DNA from: Okeania sp.
GTDB taxonomy: Bacteria > Cyanobacteriota > Cyanobacteriia > Cyanobacteriales > Microcoleaceae
Reading direction: 5' to 3'
NCBI RefSeq assembly: GCF_035285525.1
Contig: NZ_JAYKGW010000170.1
Coordinates: 1-15,987, forward strand
Length of the DNA: 15,987 nt
Under the pieces are notes generated by a model. That model was not told the DNA's origin and ran no database searches. It saw only the letters and a program-made list of their open reading frames with translations. Shown here piece by piece: positions 15,341 to 15,987 of this stretch; the stretch's first letter is position 1, and the number at the start of each line of letters is the position of its first letter. The position numbers and the translations under genes were made by a program.

Positions 15341-15987
15341 AGTTAAATTAATAGTGTAGGTTAAGTTGAGGAACGAAACCCAACATTAATTTTTCATAGT
15401 TAAATTAATGCTGTAAGTTAGTTGAGGAACCAAAGCCCACATTAATTTTTTCATAGTTAAATTAATAGTGTAGGTTGGGTTGAGGAACGAAACCCAACAT
15501 TAATTTTTCATAGTTAAATTAATAGTGTAGGTTAAGTTGAGGAACGAAACCCAACATTAATTTTTCATAGTTAAATTAATGCTGTAAGTTAGTTGAGGAA
15601 CCAAAGCCAACATTAATTTTTCATAGTTAAATTAATGCTGTAAGTTAGTTGAGGAACCAAAGCCCACATTAATTTTTTCATAGTTAAATTAATATTGTAG
15701 GTTAAGTTGAGGAACGAAACCCAACATTAATTTTTCATAGTTAAATTAATAGTGTAGGTTAAGTTGAGGAACCAAAGCCAAAATTAATTTTTCATAGTTA
15801 AATTAATGCTGTAAGTTAGTTGAGGAACGAAATCCCACATTAATTTTTCATAGTTAAATTAATAGTGTAGGTTAAGTTGAGGAACGAAACCCAACATTAA
15901 TTTTTCATAGTTAAATTAATGCTGTAAGTTAAGTTGAGGAACGAAACCCAACATTAATTTTTCATAGTTAAATTAATAGTGTAAGTT
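15341..15987. repeat. 57-bp tandem array, 11 full units plus a partial one, running off the window end
   Basis: Unit boundaries are at 15341, 15398, 15455, 15512, 15569, 15625, 15682, 15739, 15796, 15852, 15909 and 15966. Each unit is agttaaattaat + hairpin-repeat core + attaatttttcat. There are two core variants, agtgtaggttaagttgaggaacgaaacccaac and gctgtaagttagttgaggaaccaaagccNac, plus hybrid units. Confidence 0.95.

Noticed and set aside
15341-15987. Possible CRISPR array, because of regularly spaced repeats
   Set aside because: The whole 57-bp period is repeated. There are no unique spacers between conserved repeats, no cas genes, and the unit core is a dispersed genomic hairpin repeat. 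It is a tandem repeat, not CRISPR.
1-15987. Search for tRNA, rRNA or other structured RNA genes in the long intergenic regions (1608-2001, 4005-4373, 6468-7176, 9073-9797, 13581-13903)
   Set aside because: I saw no cloverleaf-compatible sequences and no rRNA-like conservation. All conspicuous hairpins belong to dispersed repeat families. Small RNAs cannot be excluded without expression data.

Overview
AT-rich cyanobacterial chromosome segment. Seven HIP1 octamers (GCGATCGC), STRR-like heptamer repeats and many small palindromic or MITE-like repeats suggest a heterocystous Nostocales-type genome. Seven genes look intact: a CHAT-domain protein (228-1607 +), a signal-peptide hypothetical protein (2002-2856 -), an enolase-superfamily dipeptide epimerase (2964-4004 +), a thioredoxin-fold AhpC/TSA-like protein (4374-5141 +), an orphan Cache-sensor methyl-accepting chemotaxis protein (7177-9072 +), an ABC1/UbiB-type kinase (9798-11453 +) and a PucC/BCD-family MFS transporter (13904-15340 -). 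Three defence-type genes are each interrupted by one in-frame stop codon with the frame otherwise preserved: an orphan McrB-like AAA+ NTPase (5379-6467 -, TAA), a HEPN-like nuclease (11778-12464 -, TGA) and a DUF262/ParB-like protein (12468-13580 -, TGA). For DUF262 and HEPN, the 5' segments upstream of the stops are missing from the supplied ORF track. The best candidate for an undescribed system is the translationally coupled DUF262-HEPN pair. It resembles GmrSD but has a stand-alone HEPN nuclease where the DUF1524 domain would be. It lies in a low-GC, HIP1-free stretch next to a 210-bp tandem duplication. Other notable structures are a 57-bp tandem array of at least 11 copies that repeats the MFS gene's own start-codon region, repeats bracketing the MCP gene, and an 18-bp perfect inverted repeat bracketing the AhpC/TSA-like and McrB-like genes. 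I found no rRNA, tRNA or CRISPR. All family assignments rest on motifs read by eye and need HMM or BLAST confirmation.
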